DNA from: Hamiltosporidium tvaerminnensis FI-OER-3-3
Lineage: Eukaryota > Fungi > Microsporidia
Reading direction: 5' to 3'
NCBI GenBank assembly: GCA_022605425.2
Contig: JAKIMF020000004.1
Coordinates: forward strand, 1,426,001-1,490,000
Length of the DNA: 64,000 nucleotides
Under the pieces are notes generated by a model, which was not told where the DNA came from, made no database searches, and was given only the letters and a program-made list of their open reading frames with translations. Made by a program: the position numbers and the translations under genes. This document shows positions 11,601 through 25,271 of the stretch, piece by piece. Numbering within the stretch: position 1 is the first letter of the stretch; every line of letters begins with the position of its first letter.

Positions 11601-13619
11601 TTTAAGCTGAAACCAAAACTTCATGAATTATATCATCGAACAGACCAACACAGCAGCACCAATCCAATACTAAATATAGGCATTTACGGTATTTTAACGT
11701 CAATTTTTGAGTTATTATATATAGAACCGCTGATTTATAAACAAAGGATGTTATTCAACAGCATGTTAGCTTATTCTAACAAAAAAAATATTCGATTTCG
11801 AATTAAAATCACTTTACATTTTTAGGCTCCTTTTAGGATGGTTTTCCCAATTTCATCAAGCATACTAAAAGATATTGGATGTAAACCATATAATGACGAT
11901 TAAAACGCATATAACAATAATAGAAGGCAATTTGTAAAACATAATTTGGCATACGGATAAAGCTGCTATATTATTTTGTTACTATAATAAAAAACTATCT
12001 CAAAAAAGACTGACTAACACCTTTCTAAAAAAACATTAACAATATTTGATTTTGCAAACTAAACCTAAAGAGTCTTCCAAATAAAATGAATGTTATTCCG
12101 ACCTTAAAAAATGTATTGAATAGCAAGAGAAACTAGTTTTACTGAAAAAAGTAACAGAAACATATTCTTAGATATAAAAAATGTCAGATTTTAAGTGCCA
12201 ATTACTATCGAAAGTATATATCAGCATAGATTTCAAAAAGAATTAAATCTCAAAAGCGACTAAAAAAATTTAAATCCGAAATTTCTTTCCATACAATTAA
12301 ATATAATTTAAGCTATAAAAACGGTTAAAAACATAAATTACATAACAAATCTTCCAAAATGAATATTACTAGATTTGCTTCGATAGATGAATGAAAGTAA
12401 ATGTCAAATTTTACTATGAACCACTGTATAACCCGATAGAATTATCTAGCTTTCATGTTTATTACAGAAGAAAGAGCTCAAATATTGGGTATATATTCTA
12501 GAACGGAAGAATTCAAGAAAATTTTTTGATTTTAATTAGCCTAAGCATATTTAATTGTAGATGATTTAAAAATCCATGGATCTTAAATCAGCTACTTTCA
12601 GCAATACATGGTGGTTTGAATCAAAATACCTTAAAGATCAGATCAATTGAAATAATTTTGATCTCGATTCTATTTAAAAATGCAATCTGGATTTCTGTTT
12701 ACCATAATATTTAGCTAGAATAAGCTAAACACATATACTAATTATCAAAAGAAACACAGATTTTCATATAAAAAATAAATTAAAATAATACATAAATATT
12801 TCCATAATAACCAACAAAAAAGTTGATTTTAGCCACAAACTCAAAGATATAAACCATCTATGTTGATTAAAATAACAGAACCCTCAAGTATTGATTCGGA
12901 ATTATAACAAAGGTTGTGATTAAAAACACCAATAACATCATGCACCTAACATTATCTTGTTAACCGTTAAATATGCTACGTTTTTACGATTATCGGCAAT
13001 TAAATATTTAACTTTTTTAATTATTAGAATACCTTTCAGTACTCTATACCTGCACATTAAATGGAACTTTTAACTTAAAAATCATATTATAATTCTAATA
13101 ATTCAACAAAAAGAGGCAGATGTTATTTAAAATGATCGAGTCTTAAATATTTTAAGATTCTAATTTTAAATTTAGAGGATTAAAAACCATTTCTAATTTG
13201 TTACATTATTGATGAAAAAATGAAATATATGTAAGATTTATGTTGGTTACTATTTCAAAAAGCTTTTTTACTTTTTGTTTTGACGTTTTCCGAATTTCTA
13301 TCTGAAGATTCTGAAATAAACTTATTAAATTTGATTTTTTAATGATTATACTTGAACTTTAAAGGATTAAGCAAACATTGCATACTTTTGGAATGTTATA
13401 ATTTTATAATTTAGGAAGAACATAGATTTTTTAGTAGAAAAAATTTTGATAAATAAATAAATAAAACATAATGCAAGTTTTATTTCAAAAATATTCTTCA
13501 GTCCATTTGTAGGTTTTGATGAGTCTCATTGAATAGTTTTTGGTTTTTCTTGCATTTTTTGAACTTTTTCAAATACATTTCCTACTCATTCACATTTGTA
13601 TTCGATTCTGAAACGTTTC

Positions 13620-13907
13620 TTATGCGGATTTACTACCAGGATTACTGGTGGCATTTTGATTTCTTCGCTCTGCGCTTCTTCTTCCAGCATCTTGGAATGC
13701 ATTCACCGCTCTTCCAAATGCTGCTTGAATACGGGGATTTTGTTCCGGTGTATTGCCTTTACTCTCTGGTTTTTGTAAGTTTTGTGCTGATGTATTATTT
13801 GCAGTGTTTGTAGGTTCCACTCTTTGACCAACATATTCGGCTCTAGAAAATCGAAATGAAATAGACCAAATTGAAATAAATAAGCCAATATGAATATTAA
13901 TACGCAT
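13620..13907 (-). CDS. Small orphan secreted protein (95 aa), possibly truncated by a premature stop
   Basis: CCC immediately before ATG, hydrophobic N-terminus ending SRA, polar and GC-richer mature region. Confidence 0.6.
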   Translation of the reverse strand: MRINIHIGLFISIWSISFRFSRAEYVGQRVEPTNTANNTSAQNLQKPESKGNTPEQNPRIQAAFGRAVNAFQDAGRRSAERRNQNATSNPGSKSA

Positions 13908-16900
13908 GGGTTTAGAATTTTGTCAATATTTATAGCTTTAAAATATACCATAAAGGGAAATATTATTTATTTCTCCTTTTTTTTATATATTTCTACAAAT
14001 AATATTTAAACGAAAAGTCCTCATATTAATTTTAATAATTTTAATTTGTTATATAATTAATTTTCGATTGACCAATTATTTTAAAACTTATCGTTCTCAT
14101 TATCATGTATTTTTTGTTTGAATTTAGAACGTACTCAAAATTTGATTTTAGTAATTTTTATCTTCCTCAAACCAATCTCTATCATATTATATTGCTTTTT
14201 AATGTACTTTTTAAATTCTATACAGCTTCATTATATGTTTTAATAAAGCTTGCTTCTTTAGCTTCAAAAAGCTATTCAATGAATGCATAGAAGATAACAT
14301 GTCACTTTCTGTTTAAATAAATGTATTTTTGACATCTCATCAAAATTTACGAAAACCAGCTTGCGAAGTAAATTAAAAGCTTTTTAGAACTATCGACTGC
14401 AGTAATATGTGAAAAAAACAAATCTGTAATATATAGGAGTCGATTCAATCAAACCAAATATGCACGTTTGATTATATATAACAGGCTTTCTGTGCAATCT
14501 AAAGATTGCGCAATAAACATAAAAATACTGTTAATTTCATAGCTTAAAACGGTTGAAAGATAAGCATGTTTTAAAGCGGATTGTCTCTATCTAAATCCGT
14601 ATTCTAGTAATATAATTCTTCAGTCAATCTAATATTTTTAAATGATGGTTGAAATACATGAATTTGTATTTAATAGATTTACTGTGTTTATATTTATTGC
14701 GTCAAGAATCTATACGTGTTCATGACCATAGTCCAAAAATAAATAAAAAAATTGCTTTGTTTTTTGAAATTTTTTTTGAAAAAGAAAACTTTAAAAAATA
14801 CTAAAATATATATTCACCGCAATTATATTAAATAATTATATAAAAGAGAAGTTTTAGATTGTTTATGATGTAAATAAATCACAGAAATTCCGATAAAGCG
14901 AAAAGAAATGAGTATAAGAACATGCCTTTTCTATACATGATTAAGAGCCACATGATATATTACATTTTTTGTTTCTAATACAATTAGAAGAAAAAAAACC
15001 AAATTATTAGATTTACCCGCATACACTCTTTTTGCAATTTTTTTCTCTAAATAATATTTCATCTGAAAGTGTAACTTGTAATCCATTTTACATCAATTTT
15101 ATGGTTTAACAACTTGATTATTTAGAATAAATATTTTTTACACTTGTTATACCAAATAAATTAAGAGTATATAAAAAGAATTTTTTTGATTTTGAACCAA
15201 AAATCCATGATATGTTTCTGATTTCAAAAATTAGCCTGTAGTCACTGTTTGTACCTTGCCGGCATTTAGCCACCATTTTTTTTAAAGATCAGTATTGCTT
15301 TAAAAGTGAAATAAAATAAAAAAATAGTAAAGTATACAAAGAAATTACAGTCATAGATGAATTCAATTATGAATTCGTGATACAAAGAAATATTATTCGT
15401 CCTTAACGTTCCTTTAAACATTAATCATACTTTCTATTCTTTTATACCAAAAAAACTAAATAAAATAGCATAAAATTTATTTTTAATGAGGTTGACATAG
15501 TTGAGGTTTTTCCCTAACTCTTCGATGAGATTTTAACAATAATTTAAATGTGAAAGTTACCAATAACGACTTTACATTCTATCTGTAGATTTAGCCAGCT
15601 AACTTTTTTTAGGTATTTCATTACAAAGAATGTTTCTTTACACAAATAGGCAGTGTTGAAAACAAAAATAAAAACCTGATGAAGTTTTTGAAAGTGACAA
15701 ATTGTGTGGCAGAGACTTCTAAAATTAAAGTAATTTGAATATCACTCTTTAAATTATCTTTGTCTAGTATGAACAAATGAAATCAAAATATCATATCAAT
15801 AGTCAATGTTCTAGCATTTTTCAGGTATGTTTTTTTGTACTTTGACAACCGATTTTTTTGATGTCAAATCATTTTAATATCTATCGATTCTTCTATTTTA
15901 ACCGCTGAAACTCTTTGTTTCAAGTCCTATAAGTCATAGCTAGGTTTATACGCCGAGTCACTGATTTTTGCCACAGATATTTATTTGTCCATACGTTTCT
16001 TTTAATCTTTTGTAACTCGGGATCATAAATAATTAGCCCTAGACTCCAAGGTTGCATATCTATTATTTACAATTAAAATTTCGAGGCTAATGATTCGACA
16101 AGAACCTTAAAAAGAGTTATAAAATTTTAAAATTGTTAGAAAATAAATAGAAATCAGTAAAGCGGGCATTAAGATTTATGCTAGAATCATCTAAAGTTTC
16201 TAATGCAAACTCTATTGGAAATAATGCCACTGACTTTTAAATTTTTAGAAGTTAGTAAATAGAGGAAACCGTTTTTGTTTGTTTGGATTTGAAAAAGACT
16301 ATTTTATGACAATACGAGAAAATATAAATCTATAAGGCCAACTTTCGGATTTTTTGCTTTTGAATTATGCTACTTCCTATATATGATTAAATTCGTATCA
16401 ACTGCCACCGTAAATACTCATTCATTTATTTGCGACTCAGAAAGCAAGAATTTCTTTACTTTGAAAATATTTCAAAGATTATTCTCGTTTCTAAAAACAG
16501 CTTCAAAATTTTTGTGTCGAAGAACCGACGCACAGCAGTATAATATGATGAGTAATTTCTCTAAGGAATTACAGAATTGGCAAAGATTGATTATTCATGA
16601 TTGGATATAATAAATTGTAGATGTAAAAGTATTAAAACATCCGACATGTCCAAGTATTTCGAAACAATGGCTGTCGATGAAAAATATGAGCTTATCACAA
16701 GTTTTTCTCATGATCTTAAACCTAAGAGCAACATCACTTTTAATTTCATCGCACATATTTTTCCCCATCAGTAGCATAAACTTTTAGTTTTTCTATCGAT
16801 GATTATTATTATAATTTTATTTTTTGACTCTAAAGATATTGTTTTCCGTTGTCGTGCTAGAAATGCTAGGAACATCTTTAAAAACTCTTCATAATTCTTA

Positions 16901-19657
16901 TCAAACCAGTGGATAAAAATCTAACACAAGCTACATTATAAATCGTTGAATCATCTAAGTCCAACTAGAACCATTTTAAGCTCACTTTTTTTTATCAAAA
17001 AAGTATAATTATATTTTAACAATGTCAGCTACTCACCTCTCGACTGTGTTGACTCAAAAACAAATTTCTAACATGTATTAGTTTTATAGACATATTTCTA
17101 ATATACAGCAACGCTACAATATTTAATAGATGTTATGCATCTAAAAGTGTTATCTAATTTTGCTTTTATATGAGCTAAATAAAAAAAAGCTGTGTGCAAT
17201 TCTTTTTAAGAATTTACATGCCTAAACAACCATGGCTGAGATTAGCCCTCACGTTTTTAGTTGGGTGTTTTTTTACTCACAAGATTAAATATATTTCGAT
17301 AAGTAGGAGAATGTTTGGTTTCGCAATGACGTTTTATATTTTATACTTCAATTAATGATATACTTACATTACTAACAATTCATATTATCATATTACTTGA
17401 CATGATTACAAATTACAGACACCTCTCATTACTCATAAAACGTTCTACATTCCAATTATGTTTATTTTTTTTCGTTATTCATATTTATTAAACTTAGAGA
17501 ATAAAATAAAAATACAGTTATATTAACATCAAAATATTCGGAAAGAATGTGATAAGTACATGTATTTACCGTAATTTGAGGAAATATGAAATTCCATAAA
17601 TATATAAGGATAAGATCTTTTTTTCACTTACGACACTACGAAGGATGTGTGATTTTAAGCAATTTAGGATGAAATGATAATTCTTATTGCAAAGTATCAA
17701 TAAAATAAAGTTACGAAATTATAAAAGACACAATGCTATGCCAGTTTTTTTTATTGAACAAGGGTTACGCATGCCCACGACCTTCGGACTTGCAGTTTGA
17801 TTTATACTTATGCTTTCGTCCGAGATTCTGAATCTGCATACCGCGCAAAGAGACGGTTTCATTCAAAGTTTAGGTCAAATACTAGTTTTACTAGTGGGAT
17901 ATATGTCATATTTGAAACTACCGGAAAAATCAACTTTTAAGTGGGTTTACTAGTTAACAATACACATCCGATCTTGTTATTGCAAATCTATTAATATTTA
18001 GCATTTTTAAAATAAATATTATAAGATAAAATAAAGAATTGCTCTAAAAACTTGTGAGTCAAGTATAAATACCAACAATAAAACAAAAAAAATAAATAAT
18101 AGAGAAGTTCAAAATGTTTCAAATAAAAAAATAAGATTATAGTATTAAGGATTTCAAATTTGCGTTTCTATTGAAGGTTTATTCTTTGATTAATTTAACT
18201 CTTTATTTTAGAAAATATTTATCTTGAAATACCTTTAACAATATTTTTTATTTTTTTGAATGTCTGTATGTAACTTTTAAGATTAAATTCAAAAATAAAA
18301 AGGTAAACATTTAGGAAATACTCAATAGCTCGTATAAAAACTAAAAATTCTTGATCTTCGAGACTTTTTATAGAAGAAAATAAAGTCTTTGGGCATTAGA
18401 TTTTAAGACCTTTGTTTTTTTTAATTTTCATATCTTTTGTATGCCAAATGTTACATATTTTATATCATTTCTCTAATTCATGGAAAATAGTAGATTGCAC
18501 TAAAAAACATTTTCGTAACTATAAACAAGAAATAAATATAAAAATTTAGAAAAAGACAAGAATTCATTTATATAATAAGAGTCTGCTAGAAGTAATTTGT
18601 ATAAATTAAGGTCTTATATCTTAATCAGTCATATAGCAGATGTATAAAGTTAAATTTTTACATTTATTTGCACATATTAAAATATAGATTTTAAAAAAAA
18701 TCAAAGGTTTTATAAATTTTAATAAATTTCTACTAAGTTTTGGTAAAATTGTATTTTTAGAACCATTTGAATGATATTTAGAAAAACTGGAATTCCACTA
18801 AATCAAATAGATTTAATTCTTAACACAATAAAACAACGTAATTTTATTAAAAATGCACAGTAATTTATATCCCACCAAATAATTTCTTTTAAATTCATCT
18901 TTAAGTCATTTCTGTAAAACATATGTATTATACTGATAAATCATAGATTCTTTATCTTTTGATGTGTTTAGGAGTATAAAAACAAAATTATATTAGAAGT
19001 CTGTTTTATTATCTTGATATTCCATACTTATAATAAGTATATTTATATTTTAAGCATTATTGAATATCTATTTTAAGGATGTAAGTCATTTTTTAAAACC
19101 TTATTTAATAAACATTTTGTTTCTAATTATTGATTTCTTGTAGAATTTCATAAAATATGAAATAAATAAAGTAGAGTGAATTTAAAAAATTCTTAAAAAA
19201 TCAATTCAATTAAATTTTTCATAACGAACATATATAATAAGTCGAATGTTGTGCAGATGATATATTGCAACCGCTTTTTGTGTAAAAAATTCATTATATT
19301 GTTAGAAAATAATATTAATACCTATTAAATAAATTTGATTCAATCTGTTTCCATATTAAATAAATTAAAACAATTTGAATAAAAAAGACGAATAGATCAC
19401 AATTTCAGTATTTTATATAAAATTGTATAAATCCTTGTAAATAATGTAATATATTGTTAAATAATTAAAAAATAACGCAAAAAAACGTTTCGAAACATGA
19501 AACATAAAAACGTTTTAGAATTTTAATATTCCTATTTAAGGCTAAGTTATCAAATAAAATTATTATTATCTAAATTATCAAACAAATTTAAAACAGGTGA
19601 CAAATAGAACACGTTGTTTTACATAAACCTATAAATAGATTTGTAACAAAACATCTC

Positions 19658-21004
19658 ATGACAGGTAATGATATTGTTGACAATCTGGTTCTGATTATTA
19701 TGCATGCTAGATCAATGAAACCTACGAGTTTTTTAACAAAAAAAGAATTAAATGCATTCATAAAATTTCACTATCCAAATATTTATAATATGACAAATTA
19801 TAATGAATATCTTAAAAAGGCGATAAAAACAACCAAGAATGTTCTTTTTGATACAAAAAGAAGATCCAAGGCGGTAAGAAAGGAAATTTTAAAGATGAAG
19901 AAACATAATGTGTTCTCAAGTCCAAGTGTTCAAAATGGTTGCCACCTAGATATAAATATAAAAGAGCAAAATGATGTGGAAGAACGTAAGATGAGAATAC
20001 GAAAAAAAATTAAAATGTATCGTGAAATAAAAAATCAAGGTACAAAATCACCAGTCAAACCTATAGATTCACATAGATACGATTCAATTACTCTGTCCAA
20101 GCAGTCTGAGAATACATACATGGACATTGAGGCTGCTTTAAAAACAAAGAATGAAATTCTAAAAGATTTTGTACCAAGTTATGATTCATCATGTAAATCA
20201 AAAAAGTTTAAAACACCATCAAATTGTGTATCGGATACTCAAAATGTCACTGTTCATAATAATAATTTTCCTAGAGATGGTGATTTCTCAGATTCGTTAA
20301 AAGAGATTATTTATTCAGATGATCCTAAATATATTTCACCAAGCGTATTGACAAATAATCCACCACAAATACCTCCTAAATATAATTTCCCTGTATTTTA
20401 TTTAAATGATGCATTTACTCGTACTACGGGTTCTCCTGAAAAGATTATTCAAGATATTCAACTCAGCGATAATGCAGATGAAAATAATATTTTATCTGAA
20501 ACACAATTATCATTTGATCAAAATGATCCTATTTTTAGTAGTTTGCTAAATAATCAACAAGAATGCATTGTTCCGAATAATTTGCAAAATAATCAACAAG
20601 AAAATATTATTTTTGACAATTTACAGTACAATCAATCAGAAAATATTGTTCAAAATAATTTTCAGAATGTTCAACCGGTAGATATAAGTTTAGATAATTC
20701 ACTTAATAAACATCAGGAAGGCCCATCAAATAATAATGTACAGAAATTTCCAAATGTAGATACACTCTTTAATAATATAAACAACGAAAAAGGATATCAA
20801 AACCATCATAATTTCCAAAAAATTCCACAAAACAACATAGCTCCCGGCGATGCGCAAAATAATCAAATACAAGATTCATTACCAGTTAATTCTGATTATA
20901 ATATTGTTTTCAACTCTCAAAGTCGCCCAACATCACCAAAGTACATTAATTTAAGCTACGGTGAGCTCAAAGAAAGATTTAAAAGAGAAAATAAATTTTT
21001 TTAA
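19658..21004 (+). CDS. Hypothetical protein, 448 aa; basic N-terminal domain and N/Q-rich disordered C-terminal half
   Basis: Long ORF in very AT-rich DNA; internal degenerate NNQQENI-like repeats; no family recognised. Confidence 0.8.
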   Translation: MTGNDIVDNLVLIIMHARSMKPTSFLTKKELNAFIKFHYPNIYNMTNYNEYLKKAIKTTKNVLFDTKRRSKAVRKEILKMKKHNVFSSPSVQNGCHLDINIKEQNDVEERKMRIRKKIKMYREIKNQGTKSPVKPIDSHRYDSITLSKQSENTYMDIEAALKTKNEILKDFVPSYDSSCKSKKFKTPSNCVSDTQNVTVHNNNFPRDGDFSDSLKEIIYSDDPKYISPSVLTNNPPQIPPKYNFPVFYLNDAFTRTTGSPEKIIQDIQLSDNADENNILSETQLSFDQNDPIFSSLLNNQQECIVPNNLQNNQQENIIFDNLQYNQSENIVQNNFQNVQPVDISLDNSLNKHQEGPSNNNVQKFPNVDTLFNNINNEKGYQNHHNFQKIPQNNIAPGDAQNNQIQDSLPVNSDYNIVFNSQSRPTSPKYINLSYGELKERFKRENKFF

Positions 21005-21152
21005 TTTATTTAATTTGTATAAGTCTTAAATTTTAAATGAGTATGAATAAAAAAAATATAAAATGTTTCTATAATTTTAGTTATAAAATGTATTTCTTAC
21101 CTAAAATCATTTTTAAAATAATCTTAGAACAATGAATTAAATTCTTAAAATA

Positions 21153-21870
21153 TTATTTATTAAATATTACAATTTTTTATTTCAGGCCAACGTTTTATAT
21201 TTTTTTCATGGCATTAAGGAATTTATAGGTGTAACAACATAACTGAACATTCACTAGTTCATTGGTATCCTTATGCTACCTATATCTCAAACATTTTTAT
21301 CTAAAATATACCCAAACCAATTTAATACAAAAAAATGTTGCCCAGTGTTAATGATTATCTGTTAATTGATGAGTGATTGTTTTTCGGAACCTACTTTAAG
21401 CACACTTAAATTCAGAAGCTTTCCCATTTGCGTCATCCTTAAAAAAAGCATATACTTCTAATTAAGATAAATTTTCGAAAATATCAGAGTCTAATAAAAC
21501 ATTACAGTTTTATAAGCAGCAGTTATAACATATACTTAGGCTTCCTGGGTTTCTGAAGAGCATTTTTTTAATATCTCATGGCTTCAAGTTTCCTAAACCA
21601 ACTCAGAAAGGCCAGCTCTCTATACTTTAGCGCGGTAATTACCCACCTGTTCCATCATAGGTTCAAAAAGGTTAACAAACCGCACACACAAAGTTTATGG
21701 AATATTTTTAATGTTTTTGTAGACCTTCCTCTATTTATACAAACTCTCACTGATAAACCTAAAATATAGCATGTTTCACTATCCAGCAAAAGTACAAACA
21801 ATAATTTTCACACCATTTTCAGATACTAATTGCCAAGCAGATAGTTTTTAACTCATTTAATTCCTCTTAT
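21153..21870 (-). mobile_element. Old, highly diverged copy (copy 5) of the 725-bp element
   Basis: Reverse complement aligns along the full length, e.g. GAACAGGTGGGTAATTACC vs GAACATGTAGGTAATTGCC, TTAATGCCATGAAAAAAATATAAAAC vs TTAATGTCATGAAAAAAAATATAACAC, and shared TTGCCAAGCAGA at ~21830. Ends are approximate. Confidence 0.75.
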
Positions 21871-22102
21871 CGTTCTCTATATAAAATCCTATGCAGCTAT
21901 AGTTTATTTGACGAATCCCTGTAAGTGTTTTTAATATATAAAAATATGGCTCTAAAATATGAAAATATCACTTACAACTACAAAATATATAGATTAGAAT
22001 TTAAATAGACATAAAATCTAAACCTAAAAATAAAGATAATATATGATGTGCAAACAAATAATCTAAATTTTTTTTTAGAAGAAAAATCAATTTTACTTTT
22101 CT

Positions 22103-22258
22103 AAACACCATAGATCAAAGAAAAATAAATTTGAAATCTTAGCAAAAGCTACAAAAGCGCATGTTAATAATAAAAAAGCACCATAGATTAGAGAAAATTT
22201 ATGTGAAAGCTTAAAAAAACCTACAAAAGCACATATTAATAATAAATAATAACAGATA
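22103..22258. repeat. Two imperfect tandem copies of a ~75-bp unit
   Basis: CACCATAGAT...CTACAAAAGC(G/A)CAT(G/A)TTAATAATAAA occurs twice. Confidence 0.7.
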
Positions 22259-22321
22259 TTGAAAATAAGTATATTTAAGAAATCCAAAGAAAATAAATAC
22301 TCAGTATCTTTTTTAATGAAT

Positions 22322-22566
22322 ATTCAGTCACTCATCCTCGGCACTACAACTCTACATAATAAGCCTTGGCTTCCCTCAGTGATGTCTCTCACCAGTCTTT
22401 TTCTAGTATTTTGTTTAGTTCTTTGGGTTTCGTACAAGGTGGTTTTCAAGGGTAGGTTGCTAGCCTTATGCCTAATCTGTCATGCCAGTCTCTTTTAAGT
22501 CCACCCACTCTTATGATAAACAGGGAATACTTTAAGCAAATTCTACTCCCGGAATAGAGGAGTGGA
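22322..22566 (-). mobile_element. ~240-bp RTE-related short bipartite retroelement, diverged copy
   Basis: Reverse complement reads AGAATTTGCTTAAAGTATTCCCTGTTTATCATAAGAG...AAAACCACCTTGTACGAAACCC...CACTGAGGGAAGCCAAGGC...GTTGTAGTGCCGAGGATGAGTGACTGAAT, colinear with 27729-27969 and 34684-34917. Confidence 0.75.
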
Positions 22567-23509
22567 ATACGTGGACATTGTTTAAAAAATAGTTACAAAT
22601 CGATAATACTTTCATCTTAAATTTAAATTGGTTTTTAAATAAAAGAATCATACCAGTGATATAAATTCAAATACTAATATTGCAAAAATATTTATGAATA
22701 ATCAACAAAAACCCAAATTATAGATATTTTATACTATCTTACAAGACATATTACAATAATAGAGCGTAACATATTATACAAGGATATTAATAATATTTCT
22801 CATGTTTACAAATAAAATATAGAATAATAAATTGATACCATAGAAGTCAAATAGAATTTGAATTCCAGTATAATGCAACTCTTATTTATAATAGATTAAA
22901 CGTAACAAAGATTTTAAACTAGAGATCATATTCCCACTAAATTATACTCCGTAATTTTCTTTTTTTTATCTAGATTACTTTTGTTTACATATATGTAATT
23001 TATAAATATAAAATTTCTAAGCACACGAATATATTCATATAATTTACCAAATATATAATTTAATTTATCACATATAAAACCGATAAATTAAATACCTGAT
23101 ATCACATAAATTTTACAATGACAGCATTTTAGAAAAAATCAAGTTTTATTTTGTAAAAATATATTTATTTAAAATATATAATTCTTATCTAGAGTTATAA
23201 GAAAACATATAAAAATGGTAAAAATATTTTAACCCAGAATTTTATTAAATAAAATTATAAATTTATTTAAAAGCAAATGATGCATGAATCTTATAACAAA
23301 TACAATGCTTTACTTTCCACTAGACTTTAAATTTATCCATAAACATGCTCTTTTTGAAACATAATTGTATCAGAAGAAATTAAAATCAAGTAGAGTATAG
23401 TTTTGTAGTTATTTACATTCCATTATGATTTTTTTTATATTATTTACAGTTCTCTATCAGATAATAGTAAATTCTCTTTTAATTATTTTTTTTTTCTCAA
23501 ATTACCACC

Positions 23510-23635
23510 CTTTTTTTACTTTTACGAAACTTTTTTTAATTTTAAGAACTTTTTTTACTTTTAGAAACTTTTTTTAATTTTAGAAACTTTTTTTAATTTT
23601 AAGAACTTTTTTTAATTTTAAGAACTTTTTTTAGA
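23510..23635. repeat. Minisatellite of ~19-20-bp units (TTTTTTAATTTTAAGAAC-like), about 6-7 copies
   Basis: Directly visible tandem repetition. Confidence 0.85.
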
Positions 23636-24002
23636 ATCCGTTTTAAATCTTTTATTTTCTTAAAATAAGTTATTATTGGTAAATTAGAAATTTTTTTTCT
23701 AATTAGATTGACTATAATTATACGAATATTAATAAAAAATTATTTTTCTATTGTTTAGTTCAAGTAATAAGAACTTAAATTCCTTAAACCAAAATATAAT
23801 TTCTCCAACTTTTTTATTAAAACTTCTTTAAATGCTTATTATTTCTAAAATAGACAAATTAAGAATTTAAAAATAAATGAAGAACATAAATAAACAAAAT
23901 TTAAATGAAAAAAAAACAGAAAATTAAAAAATTAAAGTGGTGAGAAACTGTAGTAAATAGAAATTATAAAACAGAAAAATTTTAATTATTTTTCATACAA
24001 TT

Positions 24003-24232
24003 TAAATCCAAACAAGGAAAACAGTAATAAAGAATTATAAACATATGAAAGATTATAGAGATTATTAACCAATAAAATAAATCCAAACAAGGAGAAACAG
24101 TAATAAAGAATTGTAGAATATATGAAAGTATAGAGATTATTAACCAATAAAATAAATCCAAACGAGGAGAAACAGTAGTAAAGAATTGTAGAATATAAAA
24201 TTTAATCATTTCTAACCAATAAAATAAATCTA
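24003..24232. repeat. Tandem ~75-bp units (about 3 copies) upstream of the MADS-box gene
   Basis: AAATCCAAAC(A/G)AGG...AACAGTA(A/G)TAAAGAATT...TAACCAATAAAATAAA repeated. Confidence 0.85.
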
Positions 24233-24557
24233 AGTGATTTCTGATTTACCAAAATAAATACTTTTTCCCTTGTAAAAAATATCATAATCTCCTTTAATAG
24301 AAACAATTACTATTAAACAAATTAAAAGAAATATAAAATTAAATTTAAACCAATCATTTTTTCAAATTATTCAAAAAAACAGTTAATTAATAAAAGAATA
24401 GATTTATCTAAAAATAGCAAAAAGGATAAATTAAAAAAAAAATGTAAATAAATAACATAGTAAACTAACACTCGTAATCACAGATTATAACACCCTTTAA
24501 AAACCAATAAAAACATTTTTCTTTTCCTTTTTTAGAAATTAAACGGACAACCCTCAA

Positions 24558-25271
24558 ATGACAGATAGAAAAAAGAAAATACCAAGACGAGATAATGAGG
24601 ATAATCAATATCATCAAGAAGGACAGCCACCATACAAGATTATGGATGAAGATATTCCACGTCACCACTATCCAGAATATATGGATGGATATCAAGAAAA
24701 CATACCAGAGAACTATCATTATAGAAGATACAATTATGGATTTGAGCAAAGACCGTACAGACAAGATTTAGAAAGGTTTCAATCGCCATATCCAGAATAT
24801 TATAACCCACCACCATATAGAAAGGGCGGTATGGTTTCCGCACCACCCGAATCAAAAGAATCTTCTTCTTCAGATTCTGATACAGACACAAAAAAGAGAA
24901 AAACGGGAAGAAAGAAAATTAATATGGCATACATCGAAGGAAAGAATAAAAGAAGTGTTACGTTTAGTAAAAGAAAGAAAGGAATTATGAAAAAAGCATA
25001 TGAATTAAATGTACTAACAGGAACACAAATACTACTTCTTGTTGCAAGTGAAAGTGGACATGTTTATACCTTTGCTACTTCTAAGTTACGTCCAATCATT
25101 TCTAAACATGAAAATCTTATTCAACAGTGTTTAAATGCACCCAACACACCTGAAACAAACAATTATGACATTAAAAATGAAGATGTACCTTATGAAAAAG
25201 AAGATTATTATAAAGACAATTATTACAATCAAGGATATGATTATTATAACGGATTTGAAGGTAAAAACTAA
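24558..25271 (+). CDS. MCM1: SRF/Mcm1-type MADS-box transcription factor
   Basis: GRKKINMAYIEGKNKRSVTFSKRKKGIMKKAYELNVLTGTQILLLVASESGHVYTFAT followed by LIQQCLNAP, typical of SRF/Mcm1; CCCTCAA before ATG. Confidence 0.95.
   Translation: MTDRKKKIPRRDNEDNQYHQEGQPPYKIMDEDIPRHHYPEYMDGYQENIPENYHYRRYNYGFEQRPYRQDLERFQSPYPEYYNPPPYRKGGMVSAPPESKESSSSDSDTDTKKRKTGRKKINMAYIEGKNKRSVTFSKRKKGIMKKAYELNVLTGTQILLLVASESGHVYTFATSKLRPIISKHENLIQQCLNAPNTPETNNYDIKNEDVPYEKEDYYKDNYYNQGYDYYNGFEGKN

Noticed and set aside
16560-16900. Possible decayed integrase fragment on the minus strand
   Set aside because: Only vague motif resemblance; a DDE triad could not be reconstructed.
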